A DNA stretch of 64,000 bases from Anaerolineae bacterium (GTDB lineage Bacteria > Chloroflexota > Anaerolineae > 4572-78 > J111): assembly GCA_016926805.1 (NCBI GenBank), contig JAFGNV010000181.1, positions 14,492 through 78,491 of the forward strand. The letters run 5' to 3'. Positions 41,132 to 50,520 of this stretch are shown piece after piece. Within the stretch, counting starts at the first letter, position 1, and each line of letters opens with the position of its first letter. Made by a program: the position numbers and the translations under genes. The notes beneath the pieces were generated by a model. That model worked only from the letters and a program-made list of their open reading frames with translations, was not told where the DNA came from and made no database searches.

Positions 41132-41878
41132 TCAGCCGGTCATGTGGCGATAATTTTCTATGCTGATTTTCAGGCTTTCAAATGGGTCGCCAGGGCAGGT
41201 GTCTTGCTCGACAATATACCACTCGACCCCATTTGTTTTGGCTGCCGCAAAGATACCGGGCCAGTCCAGAATGCCGGTGCCAATCTCGGCAAAGGTGGAC
41301 GGCTCGGTAGCAGACATATCTTTAAGATGCAGCAAGGGTACGCGCCCCGACCATTTGCGAATATAATCTGCCGGGTCGATGCCACCGGCTTGCAGCCAGT
41401 AAGTATCGACCTGAAGTTTCACATTGGCCGGATCACTCTGCTCCAGCAGGATGTCCAGTCCATATTTGCCCTGAAATTGCTCCAGTTCAAAACTGTGGTG
41501 GTGGTAGCAAAATTGAAGTCCCTGCGCCCGGCAGCGTTCGCCGAGGCCATTTAATTCCACTGCAATGGCCCGATAATCGTTACGTTCTTGGGGGGGCAAG
41601 AAGGGACAAGCCAGATAGGCAGCACCCAGGGCCAGGTAGGTGTCAATTTGACGGTCAAGATCGGCCCGTAAGTCGGCCAGCGATACATGGGCACTGACGC
41701 ATTTTAGGCCCAAGTTATCCAGTATTTGGCGTAGTTCAGGGGCACTTAAATTGTAGGTCCCAGCCAGTTCCACGGCATCGTAGCCAAGTTGGGCCACTTT
41801 TTGCAGCGCCCCGGAAAAATCCTGAGCCGCCGCAGCGCGAACGGTGTACATTTGCACAGCTAAAGGGGAAGATGGCAT
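41132..41878 (-). CDS. Sugar phosphate isomerase/epimerase (xylose-isomerase-like TIM barrel)
   Basis: Pattern QMYTVR..GYDAVEL..HHHSFE..HLKD is typical of the family. Trimmed to ATG 41878 (GGAG upstream). Confidence 0.75.
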   Translation of the reverse strand: MPSSPLAVQMYTVRAAAAQDFSGALQKVAQLGYDAVELAGTYNLSAPELRQILDNLGLKCVSAHVSLADLRADLDRQIDTYLALGAAYLACPFLPPQERNDYRAIAVELNGLGERCRAQGLQFCYHHHSFELEQFQGKYGLDILLEQSDPANVKLQVDTYWLQAGGIDPADYIRKWSGRVPLLHLKDMSATEPSTFAEIGTGILDWPGIFAAAKTNGVEWYIVEQDTCPGDPFESLKISIENYRHMTG

Positions 41879-41960
41879 ATTATTTCTCCGTAAAAGTTGA
41901 ATTGATGGGGGCAATGTTAGCCTACTTTGGCAGGATGTCAAAAATGTGTTACGCTGCCGG

Positions 41961-41989
41961 TTGCTCATGACTGCCAGGTTGGGTATAAT
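41961..41989 (+). promoter_or_regulatory. Sigma70-type promoter candidate for the pentapeptide-GT4-GT-C operon
   Basis: TTGCTC (41961-41966), 17-nt spacer, TATAAT (41984-41989). Confidence 0.5.
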
Positions 41990-42062
41990 TCAGGCGCGTG
42001 TACCAGGAGTCATTAGACAGGGGCCAACGTCATCCATTGCACAATCACCTTGGGGAAGGTTA

Positions 42063-42662
42063 ATGGAACGAGAAGAACTCATTCAACTGCTCAAAGCTGG
42101 TCATCAACACGGTAGAATGCCGGACCTGCGCCGGATTATTTTAAGCAAAGTTGATCTACGAGGTATTAGTTTGCGTAAGGCCAATTTGAATGAGGCCGAC
42201 CTGTACGAGGCCAACTTGAGCGGGGTCAATTTGAGTGAGGCCAGTTTGATCTTTGCCAAGCTCATCAGGTCTATCCTGAGTGGAGCTAACCTGCGCCAGG
42301 CAAATCTGGTCTTTGCCAATCTCCGCCTGGCCGATTTGAGTGGAGTCAACCTGAATGGGGCCAATCTGAGCGCAACCGATTTATACGGCGCTAATTTGTA
42401 TGCGGCTGACCTGAGTGAGGCTAATCTGTCCGAGGCCAATCTGGGTGAGGCCAATCTGGCGGGGGCGAACCTCCGGCGGGCCATTTTGACGGAAGCGGGA
42501 TTGGTGGAAAGCGATCTTCGTGGCGCAGACCTGCGCGATGCCGATTTGGACGGCGCGAACTTGAACAAAGCCATCTATAATCACAAAACCAGATGGAGCA
42601 AAAACTTCAGCCCGTCGGCGGCGGGCGCCAGAAAACACGCCAAATGGTTTGACTTCTTCTAG
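42063..42662 (+). CDS. Pentapeptide repeat protein (199 aa)
   Basis: About 25 consecutive A(D/N)L.. pentads (ANLNEADLYEANLSGVNLSEASL...). Trimmed to ATG 42063 (GGAAGG upstream). Confidence 0.85.
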   Translation: MEREELIQLLKAGHQHGRMPDLRRIILSKVDLRGISLRKANLNEADLYEANLSGVNLSEASLIFAKLIRSILSGANLRQANLVFANLRLADLSGVNLNGANLSATDLYGANLYAADLSEANLSEANLGEANLAGANLRRAILTEAGLVESDLRGADLRDADLDGANLNKAIYNHKTRWSKNFSPSAAGARKHAKWFDFF

Positions 42663-42678
42663 GTGGGGCTGGCTGTCG

Positions 42679-44019
42679 ATGCGCATCCTGATTATCAATT
42701 ATGAATTTCCCCCCATTGGGGCCGGCGGAGGTAAGGCCAGCCAGAGAATCGCTGCTTGTTTGGTAGAAATGGGGCACACGGTGAGGGTTATCACCAGTCG
42801 CCCCACCCAACTTTACAGCCTGTTTGGGAATATTGCCGTTTTGCTGGGTCTCGGCTTTTGGACTTATTTGATCTACATCAAGCTTGCTTTTAATAAAGAC
42901 CTGAGCGATCACGGGTTTACCCTCCTGGGTACGCTCCTGCTCCTGATTGGTTTTATTCTACGTAATACCGGCCTGACTTGGGAATTGACGAACCCCATTC
43001 GCGGCCTCAAGCCTGTTGAATTTATTGACGGCGTTGAAGTTTGGCGCATTCCGGTGCTGCGCCAACGCCAGGAATATTGCTCAACTCTTGAGATGGGCAC
43101 ATTTCTGGTTAGCGGCATCTGGCACAGTTTGTTCCAGGTGCGTGAGTTCAACCCCGATGTGGCGCATGTCTTTTTTGGCATTCCTGACGGGCCGATTGGC
43201 TGGATGCTTAAGCGCGTTTACGGTTTGCCCTATCTCATTTCCCTGCGTGGCGCCGACGTTCCCTCCGACGAAGTCAAACGGTTTGCCAAACAATATAAAG
43301 TATTGCGACCCTTTATCCGGTGGTTATGGCGCGACGCCGATGCCCTGGTTGCTGTTTCCAACGGCCTGCGCGAATATGCCCACGACACTGCTCCGGATAT
43401 GCCCATCACCGTTATTCCCAATGCTATTGAGTTGTCGGTGTTTACGCCGCCGCCTAAACGCGGCCACGATGGCCCGGTGCGATTGCTATTTGTGGGCCGT
43501 TTTAACGCCTTCAAAAATGTCGAAACCTTGCTGGAAGCGGTCCATCTATTGCGCGAGAAAGGAATAGACAATTTTGAGTTGCAACTGATTGGCGAGGGGG
43601 AACGTCGTTCCAATTTAGAGCGGTTAACCGCAGAAAAAGAACTTACCAGGTACGTCCACTTTTTAGGTTGGGTGGATCGGGAAACGATTGTGGCGCGGTA
43701 TCGTCAGGCCGACCTGTTTGCGACCGCCACCACCTGGGAAGGAATGCCCAACACAGTTTTGGAGGCAATGGCCTGCGGGTTGCCGGTGGTGGCAACCCGC
43801 GCCTCGGGTTTGGGAGAATTGGTGCAGGAAGGCGTCAACGGTTATCTGGTTGACATCAACGACCCGGCTGCCCTGGCCGAACGTCTGGCCGAGCTAATCA
43901 ATAACCCCTACGAACGACAACGTATGGGCAAAGAAAGCCGCAAAATTGCCGAACGAGAATTTGCCTGGGAGTATATCACCGAGCAGTACGTTGAGATTTA
44001 TCGGCGGCTCAGAAAGTAA
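42679..44019 (+). CDS. GT4-family (GT-B) glycosyltransferase with an inserted two-helix membrane hairpin
   Basis: MRILIINYEFPPIGAGGG; C-terminal E..G..vlEAMA.G.PVVAT. A ~70-aa insert after VRVITSRP carries two hydrophobic helices: FGNIAVLLGLGFWTYLIYI and FTLLGTLLLLIGFIL. Confidence 0.85.
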   Translation: MRILIINYEFPPIGAGGGKASQRIAACLVEMGHTVRVITSRPTQLYSLFGNIAVLLGLGFWTYLIYIKLAFNKDLSDHGFTLLGTLLLLIGFILRNTGLTWELTNPIRGLKPVEFIDGVEVWRIPVLRQRQEYCSTLEMGTFLVSGIWHSLFQVREFNPDVAHVFFGIPDGPIGWMLKRVYGLPYLISLRGADVPSDEVKRFAKQYKVLRPFIRWLWRDADALVAVSNGLREYAHDTAPDMPITVIPNAIELSVFTPPPKRGHDGPVRLLFVGRFNAFKNVETLLEAVHLLREKGIDNFELQLIGEGERRSNLERLTAEKELTRYVHFLGWVDRETIVARYRQADLFATATTWEGMPNTVLEAMACGLPVVATRASGLGELVQEGVNGYLVDINDPAALAERLAELINNPYERQRMGKESRKIAEREFAWEYITEQYVEIYRRLRK

Positions 44020-44026
44020 CCTGTCG

Positions 44027-46189
44027 ATGCGTTTACGGACTGTTAATATGCTCATCCTCACCCTGGCCGGTTTTGGTCTGCGTTGGTATTACCTGCTGAC
44101 TACCCACCCCTTTTTTGATGAATACACCTCGGTGCTGGCAGCTCGCCAGATTTTGCGACATGGCTGGCCGGTGATGCCCTCGGGCCTGTTTTACGAGCAC
44201 GGCCTGCTGGCCACTTATGTGATGGCCCCCTTCACTGCTCTATTTATCAATCTGCCGGTATCGCAGTGGCAAGCGGCGCACTGGGGACTGATGCTGTCTC
44301 GCTGGCCCAGTGTGCTCGTCGGCGCGGCAACTATTCCGCTTATTTACACGCTGGGGCGGCGCGGATTCATTTGCTCTGCTTATAACCCTCGCCTTGCCGT
44401 GGCCATCGGCTTATTAGCGGCGGGCCTGTTTGCCTTCAGCCCCGAAGGTATGGTGTGGGGCGGACGGGCGCGGATGTATGCTTTGGCTACCATCCTGGTC
44501 GTGCTGGCGACCTACTGGGCCTATCGCGGGACGTTGTATCCCGCTCCGGCCAAATATCGCTGGTGGGCGCTGGCGGCGCTGTTGGCAACGCTCCTCACCC
44601 AACTCGGCGCATTAACCCTGATCCCTCCACTTGTCGTCGGCATGGTTGTCGTCGGCTGGCTCTCCCGCCGAAATGTAACTCAAGAATCGCGCACCGCCCA
44701 CCGGGTATCAAGTTTGTGGTTTCGGCAACCTGGGATTTTGGGGGAAGGTCTGGCCCTGGTGGCGATAGTGCTCCTGGCGATTTATATCAAACGCCTGGGT
44801 CAACCGCTGGGCTTGGCTCCCCTGGATGAATCCGGCAGCGAGAGTCTGCCAACTGAATTGCTCAAAACCGCTACCTATCAAACGGCCTTTTATGCCACCT
44901 GGTCTGATACGGTCAAGTTTCTGTCACGCCAGTTTGGTGTGCCGCACCATCTCTGGCTGACGATGGCAACCATCGTTGGTTTTTTGATTGGTCTGGTTGT
45001 CTGGTTCAGGGAAAGAGTCAGAGGTAATGAATTGAAAATTAGACAAGAAAAATCGAACATGAGAGCGGTGCATCCTTTTCCTCATTTCTCGCTTTTCCTC
45101 TGGCTTGTTTTTGGCCTTATCATCCTGGAAATGGTCACCCTCCTTGAACCTTTTCGCCGCAATCCGCGTTACATTGTGATGTATCTGCCCCTTTTTTACC
45201 TGATTGCGGCCGACGCTGTCTTTAATTTTAGATTTATTTTCCGGCTATTTTTCCACTTTATGCCTCATCATTCACGTTTTATGGCTTTTGTTTGGCGTTA
45301 TATCTCATTGCCGGTGGCTGCCATTCTTCTGCTCATTCTCTTTGTGGCCATTGGATTCAACGATCTTCGCCTGGCCCTGCTGACGCCGGAACCGGCCTAC
45401 GAGGAAGCCCTGGCCTTTGTCCGGTCCGAGTGGCAGCCGGGTGACACCTTCCTTACCATGAACACGCCCGCGGCTGGCCTCTATTTAGGCCACGCGGACG
45501 GTTTCACCGTTCAGGATGACGCCGCGCAATTTTTACTCGACTCCGTAGCTACGCCCGTAGACCGCTGGTTGGGCGTCCCCTGGCTGGGAACGGCTACGGA
45601 TTTTAATGCGGCTCTCAACGCTGGCAACCGGGCCTGGTTTGTGATTGACACTATCCGCCAGCCGATCTACTTTCGAGGCGATTGGCTGGCGGTGGTCAAT
45701 AGCCAGATGGAACAGGTGTGGGCCAAAGATAACGCCCTGGTTTACCGCACCCGCCCCCATCACATCCCTTTACCCACCCAGCCCGATACCCTCATCAACG
45801 CTTCTCTGGACGACTCGCTGGAATTAGTTGGTTTCAGCCTGAGCCATGTCCCAAACTCGGAATTACAACTGGTTCTTTTCTGGCGGCCTTTTGTCCCGCT
45901 TTCCACCGATTACACTGCTTTTCTCCACCTTCGTAATCAAGAGGGAAGCACGGTGGCCCAGCGTGATCGCCAGCCACTTGACGGCGCCTATTCCACCAGC
46001 CATTGGCAGCCCGGCGAAACCGTTATCGACCCTGTCACCCTGACCCTCCCCGCCGATTTACCTGCCGGAAAGTACTCCCTTTACACCGGCCTATATCAAC
46101 TTAACACGCAACAGCGCCTGCCGGTGGCCAACGACACTTCCGGCGAAAATGCCATCCTACTGGGAGAGATCATGGTCAATGAACAATGA
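44027..46189 (+). CDS. GT-C fold (PMT_2/ArnT/GT39-like) membrane glycosyltransferase, paralog 1
   Basis: Trimmed to ATG 44027, 8 nt after the GT4 stop. About 12 TM segments. First-loop acidic motif HPFFDEYTS. C-terminal soluble module: LELVGFSL..LQLVLFWRPFVPLSTDYTAFLHLRNQEGSTVAQRDRQPLDGAYSTSHWQPGETVIDPVTLTLPADLPAGKYSLYTGLY. Confidence 0.75.
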   Translation: MRLRTVNMLILTLAGFGLRWYYLLTTHPFFDEYTSVLAARQILRHGWPVMPSGLFYEHGLLATYVMAPFTALFINLPVSQWQAAHWGLMLSRWPSVLVGAATIPLIYTLGRRGFICSAYNPRLAVAIGLLAAGLFAFSPEGMVWGGRARMYALATILVVLATYWAYRGTLYPAPAKYRWWALAALLATLLTQLGALTLIPPLVVGMVVVGWLSRRNVTQESRTAHRVSSLWFRQPGILGEGLALVAIVLLAIYIKRLGQPLGLAPLDESGSESLPTELLKTATYQTAFYATWSDTVKFLSRQFGVPHHLWLTMATIVGFLIGLVVWFRERVRGNELKIRQEKSNMRAVHPFPHFSLFLWLVFGLIILEMVTLLEPFRRNPRYIVMYLPLFYLIAADAVFNFRFIFRLFFHFMPHHSRFMAFVWRYISLPVAAILLLILFVAIGFNDLRLALLTPEPAYEEALAFVRSEWQPGDTFLTMNTPAAGLYLGHADGFTVQDDAAQFLLDSVATPVDRWLGVPWLGTATDFNAALNAGNRAWFVIDTIRQPIYFRGDWLAVVNSQMEQVWAKDNALVYRTRPHHIPLPTQPDTLINASLDDSLELVGFSLSHVPNSELQLVLFWRPFVPLSTDYTAFLHLRNQEGSTVAQRDRQPLDGAYSTSHWQPGETVIDPVTLTLPADLPAGKYSLYTGLYQLNTQQRLPVANDTSGENAILLGEIMVNEQ

Positions 46190-46213
46190 GCCAATGGACA
46201 AAGAGCCAATGAG
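46177..46213 (+). repeat. CAATGR micro-repeat at the paralog 1/2 junction
   Basis: CAATGAA (46177), CAATGAG (46184), CAATGG (46192), CAATGAG (46207). They contain the stop of paralog 1 and three candidate starts of paralog 2. Confidence 0.7.
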
Positions 46214-48377
46214 AATACGCCCCGGCTTGGTTTCGCTGCTTTTGTTCGTCGTGGCCCTGATTCCCCGCTTGCCGGGGTTGGCACGCTTTTTGACCAGCGA
46301 CGAAAATACCAATATTTTTTTTGCCGGGAGCGATGTGGTGGCCGCTTTTTTACGCGGCGATTTTCGGGGGACATACTGGCACTTTTATCCGGGGGTCACC
46401 ATGAGTTGGCTGGATGGATTGGGACTGGCCGGTCAATATTGGCTCGATCTTCTCAACGGCAAACCGGTTCCACCCTTCACCGACTACATTTACGGCGATA
46501 TTTTGTCGCTGCTGGTGGCCAATCGTCTCCCCTATGCCATTTTGACCGCCGCCGCCGTACCGGTTTTTTACCTCTTGGCCCGGAAGTTATTACCCCAACC
46601 AATGGCTTTGTTTGGCGCGCTTCTTTTGGCCGTTAATCCCTTTTTCCTGGCTCACTCGCGTGTCGCTCACGGCGACGCGCCGGTTGCTGTTTTCATGGGG
46701 CTATCGGCTCTGACCTTTTTTGTCTATGTGGACCGAATCAACGAATCAGCGAGTCGGCGAGTGAGCGAGACAACAAATCAAGAAACTACTCGACGCTCCT
46801 TGATCAGATTTCTAACTGAGCCTTATCTCATCGCTTCGGCTGTTTTTGGTAGCCTGGCCGCCCTGACGAAAACCCCCGGTCCATTTATGCTCCTTTTTGT
46901 GGTTGGGGTTTCTGCCGTCTATGCCATCCTTGAGATTTGGCCACTCAAAAAAATGTTACGCCCTGCCCCTTCCGCTTGGCGCATCTTGTTGTCTTGGTTG
47001 GCCGTTATTGCGGTTTGGGGCGTTGTTGCCCTTGTTGTCTTCATCCTCCTCTGGCCCAGCATGTGGGTTGACCCTATTGGCACCGTTCGCCAGATGTTGG
47101 CGGAAACGTTTGGTAAAGTCAACGAGGGCCATCTGGTCTACTTTTTTGGCCAGCCCACGCTGGATCCAGGTTTCTGGTTCTATTTTTATGTCATTCCCTT
47201 CCGGCTGACCCCCATCGTTTTGATCGGTAGCTTGTTATCCCTGCTAATATTTGTGCCCTCGATCAATTCGTACCTCAACCTGTCGAATTCGACCCGCCGG
47301 GCGCTGGTTTTGCTTTGGTTCTTTGCCATTACCTTGTTGTTATTTGGCAATCTCAGCCCCAAAAAACAGGACCGCTATCTGCTGCCGCTGTTTCCGTTTT
47401 TTGATTTATTGGCCGCGATGGGCTGGGTGGGCTTGGTGGAATTTGGCTATCACGTTCTCAAATCGCAAATTTCAGGCCGCAAGTCGATGGGCGGCGTGTT
47501 TCCGATCTCCAAATTCCTTGTTCCCAAACTCAGCCTGGGAACGAAAAATTTTATGCTTCTGATTTTGCTCTTACTTCACCTTTTGCCTGTATTCACTTAC
47601 TATCCTTACTACCTGACCTATTTCAACCCGCTGATGGGTGGTCCAACCCGCGCCGCCGAAACGACCTTGATGGGCTGGGGTGAAGGAATGGAACAGGTGG
47701 CCGCCTATCTCAATACCAGGCCCAACGCCGAGAGTCTTTACGTCGCCTCAACGCCCTCACAGACCCTTTTACCTTATTTTGTCGGAACAGGCGAGAACTT
47801 CTACACCAACGACATTGCCTTGCGCGCCGATTACGTGGTGCTTTACCTGGCCCAAATGCAGCGACGAGCGCCCAGCCCTGAAATTGTGGCATATTTTGAG
47901 GCCCAGGAACCTGAAAAGACGATCACCATCAAAGGGGTAACTTACGCCAAGATTTTCCCCGGCCCCAAATTCATTCTCAGCGACATCCCTCCCCAGGCCA
48001 CACCCATCAATATTGGCCTGGATAATACCATCCGCCTGGCCGGTTACACAGTTGCCAATTCTGAGTCTACTCTCAAATTGACGCTTTACTGGCATGCGCT
48101 GGCGCCCCTATCGGCCGACTACACCATTTCAGTCCGGGTTCGCGCGGCCAATGGCAGCCTGCTGGCTCAACAAGATACCGGGCCGGTTGGGGGCCTGCTG
48201 CCAACCTCTCAATGGCGTCAGGGCGATTACGTGATCGATGTTCATACCCTGGACCTTGCCGGAATCGAGGCAAAACAAATCGCCGATGTTCAAATTGTCG
48301 TTTATAACCTGGAAACCGGGACAACCCTGGGCCCTCCCATCGTGTTACCAATGAACAATGGGTCAATGAGCCAATGA
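46179..48377 (+). CDS. GT-C fold membrane glycosyltransferase, paralog 2
   Basis: ATG 46179 overlaps the upstream stop (46187-46189); alternative starts are ATG 46194 and 46209. First-loop motif FLTSDENTNIFF. C-terminal module: IRLAGYTV..LKLTLYWHALAPLSADYTISVRVRAANGSLLAQQDTGPVGGLLPTSQWRQGDYVIDVHTL. Confidence 0.75.
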   Translation: MNNEPMDKEPMRIRPGLVSLLLFVVALIPRLPGLARFLTSDENTNIFFAGSDVVAAFLRGDFRGTYWHFYPGVTMSWLDGLGLAGQYWLDLLNGKPVPPFTDYIYGDILSLLVANRLPYAILTAAAVPVFYLLARKLLPQPMALFGALLLAVNPFFLAHSRVAHGDAPVAVFMGLSALTFFVYVDRINESASRRVSETTNQETTRRSLIRFLTEPYLIASAVFGSLAALTKTPGPFMLLFVVGVSAVYAILEIWPLKKMLRPAPSAWRILLSWLAVIAVWGVVALVVFILLWPSMWVDPIGTVRQMLAETFGKVNEGHLVYFFGQPTLDPGFWFYFYVIPFRLTPIVLIGSLLSLLIFVPSINSYLNLSNSTRRALVLLWFFAITLLLFGNLSPKKQDRYLLPLFPFFDLLAAMGWVGLVEFGYHVLKSQISGRKSMGGVFPISKFLVPKLSLGTKNFMLLILLLLHLLPVFTYYPYYLTYFNPLMGGPTRAAETTLMGWGEGMEQVAAYLNTRPNAESLYVASTPSQTLLPYFVGTGENFYTNDIALRADYVVLYLAQMQRRAPSPEIVAYFEAQEPEKTITIKGVTYAKIFPGPKFILSDIPPQATPINIGLDNTIRLAGYTVANSESTLKLTLYWHALAPLSADYTISVRVRAANGSLLAQQDTGPVGGLLPTSQWRQGDYVIDVHTLDLAGIEAKQIADVQIVVYNLETGTTLGPPIVLPMNNGSMSQ
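46734..46781 (+). repeat. In-frame degenerate 8-nt tandem repeat inside paralog 2
   Basis: CGAATCAA CGAATCAG CGAGTCGG CGAGTGAG CGAGACAA CAAATCAA, encoding RINESASRRVSETTNQ. Confidence 0.7.
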
Positions 48378-48378
48378 A
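48349..48378 (+). repeat. CAATGR micro-repeat at the paralog 2/3 junction
   Basis: CAATGAA (48349), CAATGGG (48356), CAATGAG (48364), CAATGAA (48372). They contain the paralog 2 stop and the paralog 3 ATG. Confidence 0.7.
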
Positions 48379-50518
48379 TAACAGGAAATCTTCTATCTCT
48401 TTTCTCCCTATTCTCGACTCCTTGCTCCCTATCCTCATCTTGCTCATCGCTGTATTTTTTCGTTTGTATCAACTCCCAATCCTCCCGCCCGGCCTCAACT
48501 TTGATGAAGCTGGCAATGGGGTGGCGGCCCTTGATATTTTGCGCGGCGATGCCAAACTGTGGTGGCGTATCGGTGGGGGAAAGGAACCGCTCTGGCCTTA
48601 TCTGATCGCCTTGAGTACGGTCATCCTGGGAAATGTGCCTTTAGCTTTGCGGCTGCCTGCCGCGTTGGCCGGTATTTTTGGTGTTGCCGCGGTTTATCCT
48701 TTGCTGGTTGGTTTGTTTCGCGGCCCAGGTCACCGGAGTTGTCTTCAGGCCCGGTTGATGGCCCTGCTCACCATGCTTGGTTTGGCGCTGTCGAGTTGGC
48801 ATCTTCATTTCAGCCGTCTCGGTTTTCGGGCAATCCTGTTTCCCGGTTTGGCCAGTTTGGGGTTTTATTTTCTCTGGCGGGTAATCAGGGAACAGGGAAC
48901 AGGGGTCAGGGGTCAGATGTCTCTTGACCTGGTTTGGGCGGCTCTATTCATTGCGCTGGCTGTTTACGCCTATCTGGCGGCGCGACTGCTGTGGTTGGTC
49001 CCCGTTCTGTTTTTTGTGCTCCACTGGCTCATTGCCAACGTCAAACAACGCCCGACGGGAGAGGTGAGAACAAGGGGTAACCTGCGTTCCCTGTTTATTC
49101 AAATTTCTAATTTCTTATTCGTGCTACTCCTCATCCTCGTGCCGCTCGTCGTCTATTTCGTCTTGCATCCGGCTGACTTTGTGGCCCGCTCCACCACGGT
49201 TTCCATTTTCAATCCGGCCTCAAACCAGGGGAATTTGCCGGGGACAGCGTGGCGTGGGTTAACGCTTACTCTGGGTACGTTTGTCGGCCTCACCGGCGAT
49301 GCCAATTCCCTGGTCAATTTACCCAACCAGCCCGCCGTGTCCATTTTTCTTGCGCCATTTTTTGTGATAGGCATTATCGCCAGCCTTTATCGGATCATCC
49401 ATGCCGACCCCTCTGCTCCCTCCCCCCACCTCTTTCTCCTCTGCTGGTGGGTCGTTATGCTCTTGCCCGCTATTTTGGCCCCGGAAGGCGCGCCCCATCA
49501 CCTGCGTCTCCTCGGCACAATTGTCCCCACCTATGCCCTTGCGGCGCTCGGCCTGGTCGCTACGGTTAACTTCCTGACCAGGTCCGTTGCCGGATTTTTG
49601 CCCAATCGGCAAGCCGTAAGCCGCATTGCCTACCTGCTACTTGTCACCTGTTACCTGTTGCTCGCCACCCAAACCTACCTCAACTATTTCATCCGCTGGC
49701 CAACCTCGGTCGATTTCACCCTGCCCTTTGACCTTTACGCCGTTCGTCTTGCCAACGACATTGCCCACGCGCCGCCCACGGCCGGTTATGTATTGCCAAT
49801 GGACATCCGGGCCGGGCCGGAAGCGCGTCACTACACCCTTGACTATCTCCTGGCGCAGCGCCAACCGGCTGCCTATACTTATCTCCCCGTGGATGAACCC
49901 AACGCCGAAACGTTATTGGCTCGCGCTGCCCGGGGTAAGGCTGAACTGCGGGTCGTTCGTTGGACCGCTGATAAACATCAGGCGGCCGATGCCAAAGAGA
50001 TCGTTACCTATCTACTGGTCACAAACGCTCATTTAGCCGGTCGCCAATCCTTCCCGGTGTACGATATTGAAACTTATGCAATTGATAGAAGCGGCACAGA
50101 TTTTGAGCCGCGTTTGCCGCCGATTGACCGGCCTGTTGGGGCTACCTTTGGCGGTTTGCTGCGGATAGATGCCGTGAACATACCTGCCGCCGTATCCCCT
50201 GGCGACGTGGTGCCGATCGCTCTGGCCCTGGCTCCGTTGACCCAAATGGATGCCGACTACAAAGCCTCTCTGCGTCTGATCGGTCCTACCGGGGAACGGG
50301 TTGCCCAGAAGGACCGGGTGCTACGGCACAATTTTCACCAGGGAACTTCCCTGTGGCCGCCGGAAACGGTCAACGAGTATTACCTGTTGCCGGTGCCGCC
50401 GGAAACCCCGCCTGGCAAGTACGTTGTGGCTGTCGTCATCTACCATCCCGATACCCAAGCCCCTCTGCTTGCCGGTGATCTGGTTGAAGCGCCCCTGGGC
50501 ACGGTTCAAGTCAGGTAG
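48374..50518 (+). CDS. GT-C fold membrane glycosyltransferase, paralog 3
   Basis: ATGA start/stop overlap with paralog 2. First-loop motif GLNFDEAGNG. C-terminal module: ..LAPLTQMDADYKASLRLIGPTGERVAQKDRVLRHNFHQGTSLWPPETVNEYYLLPVPPETPPGKYVVAVVIY. Confidence 0.75.
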   Translation: MNNRKSSISFLPILDSLLPILILLIAVFFRLYQLPILPPGLNFDEAGNGVAALDILRGDAKLWWRIGGGKEPLWPYLIALSTVILGNVPLALRLPAALAGIFGVAAVYPLLVGLFRGPGHRSCLQARLMALLTMLGLALSSWHLHFSRLGFRAILFPGLASLGFYFLWRVIREQGTGVRGQMSLDLVWAALFIALAVYAYLAARLLWLVPVLFFVLHWLIANVKQRPTGEVRTRGNLRSLFIQISNFLFVLLLILVPLVVYFVLHPADFVARSTTVSIFNPASNQGNLPGTAWRGLTLTLGTFVGLTGDANSLVNLPNQPAVSIFLAPFFVIGIIASLYRIIHADPSAPSPHLFLLCWWVVMLLPAILAPEGAPHHLRLLGTIVPTYALAALGLVATVNFLTRSVAGFLPNRQAVSRIAYLLLVTCYLLLATQTYLNYFIRWPTSVDFTLPFDLYAVRLANDIAHAPPTAGYVLPMDIRAGPEARHYTLDYLLAQRQPAAYTYLPVDEPNAETLLARAARGKAELRVVRWTADKHQAADAKEIVTYLLVTNAHLAGRQSFPVYDIETYAIDRSGTDFEPRLPPIDRPVGATFGGLLRIDAVNIPAAVSPGDVVPIALALAPLTQMDADYKASLRLIGPTGERVAQKDRVLRHNFHQGTSLWPPETVNEYYLLPVPPETPPGKYVVAVVIYHPDTQAPLLAGDLVEAPLGTVQVR
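48886..48920 (+). repeat. In-frame heptanucleotide tandem repeat inside paralog 3
   Basis: CAGGGAA CAGGGAA CAGGGGT CAGGGGT CAGATGT, encoding REQGTGVRGQM. Confidence 0.8.
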
Positions 50519-50520
50519 GC

